Below, piece by piece: positions 48,843 through 57,764 of a DNA stretch of 64,000 bases. Below the pieces are notes generated by a model that was not told the DNA's origin, did no database searches, and worked only from the letters and a program-made list of their open reading frames with translations. Position numbers and translations under genes: made by a program. The stretch lies in assembly GCA_035063585.1 (NCBI GenBank), contig JAPSGB010000012.1:1-64000 (forward strand), given 5' to 3'. The stretch comes from Polyangiaceae bacterium. GTDB taxonomy: Bacteria; Myxococcota_A; Polyangia; Polyangiales; Polyangiaceae. Every line of letters begins with the position of its first letter. Position 1 is the first letter of the stretch.

Positions 48843-50600
48843 ATGAGAGGAGCCACCGTGGTCGGAGCGAGGCAAGGTCCCCTGAGCCCCCCCGTTGGCG
48901 CGCTTCCCGCCGAGTCGGTCTGGCTGCTCGGCACGCTCGGACAGATCCTGGATCCGGCGAACCTCCCGGTGAGCCTCTCGCGCGCGACCCAGCTGCTCCG
49001 CGAGGCGGTCGACGCCGACGACGCCGAGCTCTTCCTCGCCGATCCATCCACGGGCACCCTGGTGCTCACGGCGGCGGAGGGACCGGATCGCGACGCCTTC
49101 TTCGAGCGCATGACGTTCCTACCCGGCGAGGGGCACCCGGGCCGCTCGCTGGCCCGCGGCAAGCCGCTCCAGGCGAAGGACATCACCCATGATCGGCGCT
49201 ACCTGCGCTCGGAGGTGAAGCGGCGCGGGCTCCGCTCGTACCTCTCCATTCCACTGATGGACGTGGGCGGGCCGCTCGGCTCCCTGCACTTTGCGTGGAG
49301 GGACGTCGGCGCGCCGATGGACGAGGCCGTCCGGCGCACCGCGCCCGCGGCGCGACCCATCGCGACCACCATCCGCGCCGCGCTGGCGACCCTCGGCTCC
49401 GCGGCGCGCGGCGCCGAGCCCGGCGATCCGGTGGAGGTCGTGCACTTGCTGCGGCGGCTCTGGGCGGACGACGTCGCGTCCGCGTGGATTCGCCTGCCGG
49501 GGCGCGCCGTATCGTCCGGCGGCAGGCGTCAGCTCGCGACGGTGAACCTCGAGCGCTGCCCGTCGCTCCTCGAGGGGCGCCCGGTCATGCTCGATCCGTC
49601 GGGCGCCCCGGCTTCTGCCACGTGCCTGGAGTGCGGCAGCCCGACGCGCGCGCGCTGCTGCCTCCCGATCCCCGCCGCTGGCGGCGCGAGCGGGCTCATC
49701 GGCGTCGAGTATGACGTCGGGCTGCCGGGCCCGCCGACGCGCGATCTGGTCGCCCTCGAGCTCTTCGCCCGAGAGCTCGGCGCGCGTGAGGAGGCGGTAA
49801 CGGAGGTAGCGCCGGCCGCGGCCGCTGCCCTCGAGCTCCGGTGCCTCGGCTCGTTCGAGGTCGCCATCGGCGGCGTGCGCGTGCCGAACGCCGCGTTCGC
49901 GCGGCGCGGCGCCGTCACGCTGCTCAAGATCCTGGCGCTACGCGAGGGGCGGCCCATCACGCGCGAGGCGCTCGCGGACATGCTCTGGCCGGACGCCGAT
50001 CTCGCGAGCGCGACCAACCGGCTGCACGGCTGGGTGCACGCGCTCCGCGCGGCGGTCGAGCCCTGCACGAGCGATCGGGAGCGCTGGCGCTACGTCATCA
50101 GTGAGGGCGACCAATACCGGCTGGACACCTCCGCGATCGACGTCGATCTGACCCGCTTTCGCGCCGCGCTCTCCGCCTGGCGCCGCGAGTCCGCCGAGCC
50201 AGCGGCGTCCATCAGGCACCTCGAGGCGGCGGCGTCACTCCTGCACGGGGACCTGTTCGAGGACGACCCGTTCGCCGACTGGTGCGCGAGTGAGCGCACC
50301 GAGCTCCGCCGCCAGCGCGTCGAGGTGCTGGCCGCGCTCGGGCGGGTCCACGCGACCCATGGCGATCCCGAGCGGGCGGCCGAGGTCTTTCGCGAGTCGA
50401 TCCGCGTCGATCCGCTCCGCGAGGAGCTCCACCGCGAGCTCATCGGGTTACTGGTCAAGCTGCGCCGGCCGCACGAGGCGCGCGCTCAGTACGACGCGGT
50501 GGTCCGGCTGCTCGAGGACGAGCTCGGCGCCGCGCCGTCGCTCGAGCTGCGCCGCCTGATGACGACCCTCGGCGTCGTGCCGCCGCGCCGCTCCTCGTAA
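48843..50600 (+). CDS. GAF + wHTH + BTAD transcriptional activator (DnrS-like architecture)
   Basis: N-terminal GAF (FLPGEGHPG...SYLSIPL), a Cys cluster, LRCLGSFEV, ITREALADMLWPD, DPLREELHRELI. Confidence 0.85.
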   Translation: MRGATVVGARQGPLSPPVGALPAESVWLLGTLGQILDPANLPVSLSRATQLLREAVDADDAELFLADPSTGTLVLTAAEGPDRDAFFERMTFLPGEGHPGRSLARGKPLQAKDITHDRRYLRSEVKRRGLRSYLSIPLMDVGGPLGSLHFAWRDVGAPMDEAVRRTAPAARPIATTIRAALATLGSAARGAEPGDPVEVVHLLRRLWADDVASAWIRLPGRAVSSGGRRQLATVNLERCPSLLEGRPVMLDPSGAPASATCLECGSPTRARCCLPIPAAGGASGLIGVEYDVGLPGPPTRDLVALELFARELGAREEAVTEVAPAAAAALELRCLGSFEVAIGGVRVPNAAFARRGAVTLLKILALREGRPITREALADMLWPDADLASATNRLHGWVHALRAAVEPCTSDRERWRYVISEGDQYRLDTSAIDVDLTRFRAALSAWRRESAEPAASIRHLEAAASLLHGDLFEDDPFADWCASERTELRRQRVEVLAALGRVHATHGDPERAAEVFRESIRVDPLREELHRELIGLLVKLRRPHEARAQYDAVVRLLEDELGAAPSLELRRLMTTLGVVPPRRSS

Positions 50601-50664
50601 TTGGCGCGTAAGTGGCCCGAGGTACCGAGTGCTTGCGACCAGACACGGTCGCAAGGAGCGCGGC

Positions 50665-51159
50665 ATGGAGCAAAGTGGGCGAGGGCCGAGCGGCCCGGGT
50701 TCCATCGAGAAGAGCGGGGGGCCGCTCACCGTCGACCGCGGGCTCGGCGCGGGTCGTGACGCCGCGGAACCCGAGGTGCTCCCCGGCGATACGGAGGCGA
50801 CCGACGCCTCGCTCGAGCAGGTCCCGGTCTTCCAGTGGGACGTCAACCCGGAGGACGCGACGCTCGTGTCAGGGACCGCCGAGCTCCTCGGCGAGGAGTA
50901 CGATTACTGGATCTGGTGGCAGATCCACCCGGAGCGGCTGGTCTACGCGTCGGTGCAAGGCCTCCGTCACGACGCGGTCGCGGAACGACACGTGGGCCAC
51001 GGTCACTCGGCTGCGCCGGCCGCCGGCGTCAACCTCGTCTACGACCAAGCGCGCCACGGCATCGTGGCGGTCTACGGCGCGGTGCGTGATTTCAGGCCGT
51101 TCGTCGCGGCGTTCCTCAAGGTGTATCGCGCGGCGTACGCCGAGCGTCGCGCGGAGTGA
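50665..51159 (+). CDS. hypothetical protein
   Basis: SD AAGGAG, high GC3 and non-shadow amino-acid composition; no motif recognised. Confidence 0.6.
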   Translation: MEQSGRGPSGPGSIEKSGGPLTVDRGLGAGRDAAEPEVLPGDTEATDASLEQVPVFQWDVNPEDATLVSGTAELLGEEYDYWIWWQIHPERLVYASVQGLRHDAVAERHVGHGHSAAPAAGVNLVYDQARHGIVAVYGAVRDFRPFVAAFLKVYRAAYAERRAE

Positions 51160-51199
51160 CCCCGAGCCCCGGCGCACGGGGCAACCGGTGAGCGGCGAG

Positions 51200-51664
51200 T
51201 CACCGCGCGCGCGGCTTCGCCGCGCGCTTCGGCGCGGCCGCGCTCGCAGCAGGCTTCTTGCGCGCCGCCGGCCGCGTCGCGGCGCCCGGCGCGCGCTTCG
51301 GCGCGCGGCGCGCGCCTCCGCTTCGCTCGGCGAGGTAGTCGCGGAGCACGAGCGCGCCGTTATGGAGCGTGTCGTGCGCGCTATAGAGCAGGGTGACGGG
51401 CCCGCGCGCTGCGGCGTCGAGGATCGGCTGCCAGCCGCTCGGGTTCTCGTCGAGCTCCGCGCGGTAGCGTCGCTGGAACTCGTCCCAGCGCTCCACCCGG
51501 TGATCGAACCACTTGCGGAGCTCTCCGGTCGGCGCGACCTCCTTCAGCCAGCCGTCGGCAGCGAGCGCCTCCTTGGTGAGGCCGCGCGGCCACAGCCGCT
51601 CGACGAGCAGCCGCTGCCCGTCGGCTCGCGCCTTCGGCTCGTAGGTTCGTTTGATGGCGATCAT
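51200..51664 (-). CDS. DUF488 (YeaO-like) protein with basic Ala/Lys/Arg/Pro tail
   Basis: IKRTYEP...LVERLWPRGLTKE...WLKEVAPTGELRKWFDH...VTLLYSAHD; SD GAGGAGG. Confidence 0.9.
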   Translation of the reverse strand: MIAIKRTYEPKARADGQRLLVERLWPRGLTKEALAADGWLKEVAPTGELRKWFDHRVERWDEFQRRYRAELDENPSGWQPILDAAARGPVTLLYSAHDTLHNGALVLRDYLAERSGGARRAPKRAPGAATRPAARKKPAASAAAPKRAAKPRAR

Positions 51665-51896
51665 CTCGATGCCTCCTCGCGCCTCCGCGCGGTGCCGCCG
51701 GCCGCCTCGATGAAGCTCTCGGCGTGCGACGCGCGCCCGCCCGTAATCGCAACTCGCGGTCCGGCGCACCGGGCGATCTAAGGACGCCTCCCACCGCGCG
51801 CAACCAGCCGCGCCGGGCCGGGCCTAGGCTCGGCCCGGGGTGAGCGCGCCGCCTGCCGCGACCACCGCCGCCCGCGCGGCCCCGCGGCACGGCCGA

Positions 51897-52037
51897 CCGA
51901 TATATATACTCGCCAGGCTCTATCGATTTCGTTTTCGGTTCATGCGGGTGAGTGTTATTGGATTTCTACGACGTCAATATCGATGCGTGATAAACGGATA
52001 CTCGCTACAACGCATCGCGTCATGAGGTATTCCTGAA
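51897..52037 (+). promoter_or_regulatory. AT-rich leader/promoter region of the hns-like gene
   Basis: About 45% GC over 51901-52020 by hand count (54/120) in a window well above 70% GC; SD GAGGT. Confidence 0.6.
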
Positions 52038-52373
52038 ATGGCAAACCCGAAACGTTCCTATGCTGAGCTCCTCGATGAAATCGAATCGCTCAAGAAGCAG
52101 GCGGAGGCCGTGCGAAAGGCCGAGCTCGGCGAGATCATCGCGGACATCAAACGGAAGATTCAAGAGTACGAGCTGACGGCGCAAGATCTCGGGTTTGGCG
52201 AGCAGCGCCGCGCTCCCGCGCGCACGAAAGACGGGCGCGGCTCGGTGAAGCCGAAATACCGCGACCCGGCGAGCGGAAAGACCTGGACCGGCCGGGGGCG
52301 GCAGCCCATCTGGTTCCGCGATGCGCTGGCCTCCGGAAGCAAGCCGGCGGACTTGGCCATCGGCGAGGGCTAG
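52038..52373 (+). CDS. hns: H-NS family nucleoid-associated protein
   Basis: N-terminal coiled coil; C-terminal KPKYRDPASGKTWTGRGRQPIW, the H-NS DNA-binding signature. Confidence 0.92.
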   Translation: MANPKRSYAELLDEIESLKKQAEAVRKAELGEIIADIKRKIQEYELTAQDLGFGEQRRAPARTKDGRGSVKPKYRDPASGKTWTGRGRQPIWFRDALASGSKPADLAIGEG

Positions 52374-52532
52374 CGCGCGCTCGCGAGTGGGCCGGGCGTG
52401 CGCCGTCCCCAGGTCCGCCTCGAGCTTCGGTCGACTCGGGTGAAATCGCCGAGAGGCGCGGCTGATTTTGCAGCGGCGGCGACCGAGTACCGCTCGTGAG
52501 GGGTAGAGTGAGCGGTGAATCGAGGGAAGGCC

Positions 52533-52898
52533 ATGGCAGAAGATCATCCTCTATATCCGGCTCCGAGTCGCGAGGTCTCGGCCTTGCGGACGGAGCTCGC
52601 CCCCGGCCCCGCCGAGGCGTTCGCCGCGTTCAGCAAGGCCGTCTTCGCCGACGGCGCGCTCCCCGCGAAGACCAAGCAGCTCATCGCGGTCGCCGTCGCG
52701 CACGTGACCCAGTGCCCGTACTGCATCCGCGGCCACTCGCGCGGCGCGCTCCGCGAGGGCGCGACGCCCGAAGAGATCATGGAAGCGGTCTGGGTCGCCG
52801 CCGAGATGCGCGCGGGTGGCGCCTACGCGCACTCGGCGCTCGCGCTCGACGAGATCCGCCAGCATCAGGCGCGCCACGCCGCGAGCGACGCGAAGTAG
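52533..52898 (+). CDS. carboxymuconolactone decarboxylase/AhpD-like protein
   Basis: GALPAKTKQLIAVAVAHVTQCPYCIRGH, GATPEEIMEA. Confidence 0.92.
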   Translation: MAEDHPLYPAPSREVSALRTELAPGPAEAFAAFSKAVFADGALPAKTKQLIAVAVAHVTQCPYCIRGHSRGALREGATPEEIMEAVWVAAEMRAGGAYAHSALALDEIRQHQARHAASDAK

Positions 52899-53110
52899 CG
52901 CCGTCAGCCCGCGCCCGGCGCGCCACGCCGCGAGCGACGCGAAGTAGCGCCGCCAGCCCGCGCCCGGCGCGCCACGCCGCGAGCGACGCGAAGTAGCGCC
53001 GCCAGCCCGCACCCGGCGCGCCACGCCGCGAGCGACGCGAAGTAGCGCCGTCAGCCCGCGCCCGGCGCGCCACGCCGCGAGCGACGCGAAGTAGCGCCGT
53101 CAGCCCGCGC
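52868..53110. repeat. tandem repeat, about 5 x 49 bp
   Basis: Unit GGCGCGCCACGCCGCGAGCGACGCGAAGTAGCGCCG(T/C)CAGCCCGC(G/A)CCC at 52868, 52917, 52966, 53015 and 53064, with no spacers. Confidence 0.95.
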
Positions 53111-53319
53111 GCGGGAGCGCGCTGCCTCGCGCGCGCCGCCGAGCGCGAAGGGCAGGGGTGTCGGTCCGTCGCGGCCGGCGCCGCGGCGCGGAGCCACCGC
53201 GCCGGACCGACATCATACGAGCGTGCATGCTCGGTTGACGACGTCTCGAGCCGCGCGCGCAGGGCGTCGCGCAGGTAGCCGCTTGATCATCGTGCCCGAC
53301 GTCGCCTAGCACGCCAAGT

Positions 53320-53868
53320 ATGCTCGAAGGTCTGAACACGCTCCCGCTCGCGCTCTCGGCGCTGGTGATCTTTTCTCTCAGGATCGTGGACGTCACGCTC
53401 GGCACGCTCCGTATCGGATTCCTCGTGCGCGGCACCCGGCGACTCGCGGGGCTCTTCGGGTTCTTCGAGTCGCTGGTCTGGCTGATGGCGGCCGCGGAGG
53501 TCCTGTCGAACCTCGACTCGCCGCTGAAGTTCGTGGCTTACGCGGGGGGCTACGCGACGGGCACCATGGTCGGCGTGAGCGTCGAGCGGTGGCTCGCGAT
53601 CGGCGAGACGATCATGCGGGTGGTCGCACCGGTCGGGAGCGTGTCGGTGGAGACCGCGCTCCGCGAGGCCGGGTTCTTCGTCACGGTGCTGAACGCTCAG
53701 GGACGCGACGGGGACGTGCGCGTCTCATTCTCGGTGTTGCCGCGCCGTCGGATGCAGGAGGCGCTCGCGCTGGTAGGGCGCGTGAACCCGGCCGCCTTCG
53801 TGACGTTCGAGCCGACGACGCCCACCCGGCGTTCGCTCGCGGCCAAGCCGTCGCGCCCGGTGAAGTAG
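53320..53868 (+). CDS. UPF0316 (DUF5698/DUF2179) membrane protein
   Basis: IFSLRIVDVTLGTLR, GFFESLVW, YAGGYATGTMVG, GFFVTVLNAQGRDG. Confidence 0.88.
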   Translation: MLEGLNTLPLALSALVIFSLRIVDVTLGTLRIGFLVRGTRRLAGLFGFFESLVWLMAAAEVLSNLDSPLKFVAYAGGYATGTMVGVSVERWLAIGETIMRVVAPVGSVSVETALREAGFFVTVLNAQGRDGDVRVSFSVLPRRRMQEALALVGRVNPAAFVTFEPTTPTRRSLAAKPSRPVK

Positions 53869-53995
53869 CGCGAGCCCCGTGACACGGCTGTCGCGATCGC
53901 CGCTACGGCGTGCCAACCGGCCGGCGAACCGGTGGGAAACGTACAGGAGTGCGCGCCGGCGCTGCTCGGCACACGGGTTGCTATGGTCCCGCTCC

Positions 53996-54760
53996 ATGAG
54001 AACTCACATCGTGGTGCTTGCGGCGCTGTCTTCGGCTTGGCTCCTCGCGTGCGGAGGGAGCGCCTCGGATGGCTCCGGTAGCGGCGGCAGCGCGGGCTCG
54101 GGCGGCGGCAGCGCGGGCTCGGGCGGCGGCAGCGCGGGCTCGGGCGGCGGCAGCGCGGGCTCGGGCGGCGGCAGCGCGGGCTCGGGCGGCGGCAGCGCGG
54201 GCTCGGGTGGAGGCAGCGCGGGCTCGGGCGGCGGCAGCGCGGGCTCGGGCGGAGGCAGCGCGGGCTCGGGTGGACAGTCGGGCCGGTCGTGCGGGGGGAT
54301 CCTGGGTGCCAACTGCGAAAATGATGAGTTCTGCGACTTCCCGGACAACCGCTGCGGCGCCGCCGATGGGAGCGGCACCTGCACGCCACGCCCGAAGAAC
54401 TGCCTCGAGAATTACGAGCCGGCCTGCGCGTGTGACGGGACCGTCTACAGCAACGCCTGCGCGGCGAACTCCCAGGGCGAAGACATCTCCGCGCTCGACG
54501 GCTGCGAGCCGCCCGCGGGCTACATCCCGTGTGGTACGCGGCTCTGCGACGCGAGCTCACAGTACTGCTTCCGAGGCGTGAGCGACGTCGGCAACGAGCC
54601 GGACGCGTTCGATTGCAAGCCGCTCCCGAGCGGCTGCGACACGGCGGGCGCCGCCACCTGCGAGTGTCTCGCGAAGGCCGGCGAGGCGTGCGCGCAATGG
54701 TGCACCGTGGTCGATGGCAAAGGGGCGCAGGGCCTGAAGCTGACCTGCCCGGGCGGGTGA
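53996..54760 (+). CDS. lipoprotein with Gly/Ser linker and Kazal-like Cys-rich domain
   Basis: Lipobox LLAC; CLENYEPACACDGTVYSNAC. Confidence 0.82.
   Translation: MRTHIVVLAALSSAWLLACGGSASDGSGSGGSAGSGGGSAGSGGGSAGSGGGSAGSGGGSAGSGGGSAGSGGGSAGSGGGSAGSGGGSAGSGGQSGRSCGGILGANCENDEFCDFPDNRCGAADGSGTCTPRPKNCLENYEPACACDGTVYSNACAANSQGEDISALDGCEPPAGYIPCGTRLCDASSQYCFRGVSDVGNEPDAFDCKPLPSGCDTAGAATCECLAKAGEACAQWCTVVDGKGAQGLKLTCPGG
54083..54274. repeat. 9 x 21-bp coding repeat (GGSAGSG)
   Basis: ggcggcagcgcgggctcgggc units. Confidence 0.92.
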
Positions 54761-54764
54761 GCGC

Positions 54765-55409
54765 TCACCAGCCGCCGGAGTCTTCCCCGAGGTCGAGCAG
54801 CCGCCAGAGATACCACGCGGCGACGGTTCGGAACGGGCGGAACCGCTCGCCGCGCTCGCGCATCTGGCGACGATCGGGGAGCTCAGAGAGGTGATAGAGC
54901 CGGGCCACCGCCTTGCGGACGCCGAGGTCACTCGCGGGCCAGACGTCGGGTCGGCCGAGCTGGAACATGAGAAACATCTCGGCCGACCACACGCCGATGC
55001 CGCGCACCTGCGTGAGCGCGGCGACGATTTCGTCGTCGCTCATCCGGCCGAGCGCCTCGAGCACGAGCGCGCCGCTCTCGACGCGCAGGGAGAGATCGGT
55101 GAGCGAGGCGAGCTTCTGTCGTGAGAGCCCGCACGCGCGCAGCCGCTCCGGGCCGAGCGCGAGGAGCGCGCGCGCGCTCGGCGGCCACTCGGGCTCGAGC
55201 GCCGCGCGGAGCCGACCGTGGATGGTGGCGGCCGCCTTGCCGGAGAGCTGCTGATATACGATCGAGCGGACCAGCGCGCCGAAGTGCGAGCCGGAGCGAC
55301 CGACCTCGAGCCGATACCGGCCGACCCGCGCGATGAGCGCGGCGAGCCTCGGATCGGCGCGCCGGAGCGCCGGGAGCGCGCCGCGCGGGGCGCTCGGCGG
55401 GAAAGTCAT
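54765..55409 (-). CDS. alkA: DNA-3-methyladenine glycosylase II (HhH-GPD)
   Basis: IVYQQLSGKAA, GLSRQK, VRGIGVWSAEMFL, DLGVR, PFRTVAAWYLW. Confidence 0.9.
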   Translation of the reverse strand: MTFPPSAPRGALPALRRADPRLAALIARVGRYRLEVGRSGSHFGALVRSIVYQQLSGKAAATIHGRLRAALEPEWPPSARALLALGPERLRACGLSRQKLASLTDLSLRVESGALVLEALGRMSDDEIVAALTQVRGIGVWSAEMFLMFQLGRPDVWPASDLGVRKAVARLYHLSELPDRRQMRERGERFRPFRTVAAWYLWRLLDLGEDSGGW

Positions 55410-55494
55410 GACCCCGTCTCCATGACACGCATCGCGGGCCGCTGGAAGTCCGCGGACCCCAGCCGCGCCGCCGGCCGCGCCGGACCGGCGAGCC

Positions 55495-56304
55495 TCACTC
55501 GCCGAAGTGCGCGGCGGTGATTCGGACGCCGGCGAGCGTGCCGGAGAAGCCGATCCGGCCGAGCTCGTCGCCGGCCGCGCCGGCGGCGACCATGAGCGGC
55601 AAGAGATGCTCTTCGCGCGGGTGCGCGGCGCGCGCGGCCGGAGCCCGCGCAAAGCTCGTGAGCGCCGCGTCGCGCTCGGCGGCGGGCGCCACGATGACCT
55701 CGCGGAGCCAGGCGTCGAACGCCTCCGATGCGGAAACGCCGGCGCCGCCGAAGCCGCGCAGGTCGTGGTAGCTCATCCCGCTCGCGACGATGAACACGCC
55801 GGCTTCGCGCAGCGGCGCGAGCGCGCGGCCGAGCGCGAGGTGCTGCGCGGGGTCGAGCCCGGCGATGAGCGAGAGCTGGAAGGCGGGGACGCGCGCCTCG
55901 GGCCAGGCGAGCATGAGCGGAACGAACGCGCCGTGGTCGAAGCCGCGGGCCGGAGCTTCGCGCGGGTCGAAGCCCGCGGCGGCGAGGAGCGCGCGGGCCT
56001 GCTCGGCGACCTCGGGCGCGCCCGGCGCGGGCCAGGTGAGGTGATACGATTCCTCAGGGAAACCGTAGTAATCGAAGAGGAGCGGCGGGCGCGCGGCGGT
56101 CATCACGGTGGGCGCCGGCTCCTCCCAGTGCGCCGAGACGCAGAGCACCGCGCGCGGCGGCTCGCGCGGGAGCGCGCCGAGCCCGCGGAGGTATGCGGCG
56201 AGCGCGGCTTGCTCGGCGGGGCTGCCGATCGCGACCTCCACGAACGGCCAAGGGCCGCCGCCGTGCGGGACGTAGACGACCGGCAGCTTCGCGCTCGACG
56301 ACAT
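55495..56304 (-). CDS. class III extradiol dioxygenase (LigB/DODA, YgiD-like)
   Basis: PHGGGP, SAHWE, DYYGFP, RGFDHG, SGMSYH, AHPREEHLLPL. Confidence 0.92.
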   Translation of the reverse strand: MSSSAKLPVVYVPHGGGPWPFVEVAIGSPAEQAALAAYLRGLGALPREPPRAVLCVSAHWEEPAPTVMTAARPPLLFDYYGFPEESYHLTWPAPGAPEVAEQARALLAAAGFDPREAPARGFDHGAFVPLMLAWPEARVPAFQLSLIAGLDPAQHLALGRALAPLREAGVFIVASGMSYHDLRGFGGAGVSASEAFDAWLREVIVAPAAERDAALTSFARAPAARAAHPREEHLLPLMVAAGAAGDELGRIGFSGTLAGVRITAAHFGE

Positions 56305-56514
56305 CACGCTCCTTCATGAGGCGCCCGCGCCCGGTGGATGGCCCGGAACCCAGCACGAACCGTTCCACCGGGAGCACGAATCCGCAAATGGGCTGCCGAG
56401 GCGGCGCGGCCGGCGACGGGGGGCGAGCGGCCCTGCAAGAGCGAAACCGCGCCGAACTTCACGTCATTCCGTCCGTCGCCGGCCCGGCGGGGGCTCTTTC
56501 GGTAAGATGGCGTG

Positions 56515-56841
56515 ATGAAGCTCGCGATGACCAACGTGCCTCCGAAGGAGGGCGCGCGGCTCGCGCGCGCGCTGGTCGAGGAGCGGCTCGCCGCGTGCGT
56601 GAGCCGGCTCCCCGTGCAGAGCGTGTACCGCTGGCGCGGTGAGCTCTGCGAAGACGACGAGCACACCCTCCTCATCAAGGTGGCGGCCGAGCGCGTCGAC
56701 GCGCTCCGGGCGCGGCTCGTCGCGCTCCACCCGTACGAGCTGCCCGAATTCGTCGTGCTCGACGTGGACCGCGCGGGCTCGCTCGCCGCGTACGTCGACT
56801 GGGTGCGCGCCGAGTCGAGCGGGGAAGTGGCAGGGGAGTGA
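56515..56841 (+). CDS. cutA: divalent-cation tolerance protein CutA
   Basis: LVEERLAACV, SVYRWRG, HPYELPE, YVDWV. Confidence 0.93.
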   Translation: MKLAMTNVPPKEGARLARALVEERLAACVSRLPVQSVYRWRGELCEDDEHTLLIKVAAERVDALRARLVALHPYELPEFVVLDVDRAGSLAAYVDWVRAESSGEVAGE

Positions 56842-56866
56842 GCGCCCGGCGCGGCCCGGCCCGCGC

Positions 56867-57673
56867 TCAGCGCGTCATCGCGAAGAAGACCGCGATCCCG
56901 AGCGCGATACGGTACCAGCCGAAGGGCTCGAGCCCGCGCCGCTTCAGGTAGCGGATGAAGAGCGCGATGACCGCCCAGGCGACCAGGAACGAGACCACGA
57001 GCCCGATGGCGACGCTCAGGCTGCCCACCTCCGCGCCGAGCCCGTGGCGCGCCTTGTAGCCTTCGTAGAGGGTGGCCGCGCCGAGCGTCGGGAGCGCCAG
57101 CAGGAAGGAGAACTCGGCGGCGGTCGCGGTCGAGAGCCCGGCGAGCTGCCCCGCGACGATGGTCGTCATCGAGCGCGAGGTGCCCGGCCAGAGCGCGAAG
57201 CACTGCCCGAGCCCGATGAGGAGCGCGCGCTTCGGCGTGACGTGCTCGAGCCCGTCCAGGCCGCGCGCGCCTCGCTTCGCGCGGGTTCGCTCGATGGCGA
57301 TCATCACGAGCCCGCCGGCGATGAGCGCGCCGGCGACCGGCAGCGGCGCGAAGAGCCGGTCCTTGATGGCGCGGTGGAGGAGAAATCCGACGATCGCCGC
57401 CGGCACGAAGGCGAGCCCGAGCGCCGTGAAGAGCGCCAGCGAGCCCGGACGACGCGCGAACAGATTTCGAAAGTGCTCGCCGAGCAGCCTTCGGTACTCG
57501 ACGAGCACCGCGAGCACCGCGCCGAGCTGGATCACGATCTCGAAGGCGGCCGTGCCCTCGGAGGCCTCGCCGAAGAGCGCGCTCACCAGGATGAGGTGCC
57601 CGGTCGACGAGACGGGCAGGTACTCGGTGAGCCCTTCGACGAGCCCGAGCAGCGCGGCGATGGCCGGGTCCAT
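56867..57673 (-). CDS. uppP: undecaprenyl-diphosphatase
   Basis: LGLVEGLTEYLPVSSTGH, IQLGAVLAV, PGTSRS, AEFSFLLA. Confidence 0.96.
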   Translation of the reverse strand: MDPAIAALLGLVEGLTEYLPVSSTGHLILVSALFGEASEGTAAFEIVIQLGAVLAVLVEYRRLLGEHFRNLFARRPGSLALFTALGLAFVPAAIVGFLLHRAIKDRLFAPLPVAGALIAGGLVMIAIERTRAKRGARGLDGLEHVTPKRALLIGLGQCFALWPGTSRSMTTIVAGQLAGLSTATAAEFSFLLALPTLGAATLYEGYKARHGLGAEVGSLSVAIGLVVSFLVAWAVIALFIRYLKRRGLEPFGWYRIALGIAVFFAMTR

Positions 57674-57734
57674 GCGTGGGGTCGGGTAGCACGGCTCCCG
57701 GCCCTAGCGGCAATCCTTTGCGGTCTGGAACGAT

Positions 57735-57754
57735 ATTCAACTTCATGGTTGAAT
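57735..57754. promoter_or_regulatory. putative ArsR-family operator ATTCAAC-N6-GTTGAAT
   Basis: Perfect 7-bp inverted repeat between the divergent uppP and arsR-like genes. Confidence 0.7.
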
Positions 57755-57764
57755 GCGAGGCGCC

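Noticed and set aside
52868..53110. CRISPR array
   Set aside because: The 49-bp units are head-to-tail with no unique spacers, and no cas genes are in the window.
55495..56841. DODA/cutA/alkA as part of the metal-resistance system
   Set aside because: These are widespread stand-alone genes in mixed orientation, and no copy of the BlaI-type dyad was seen near them.
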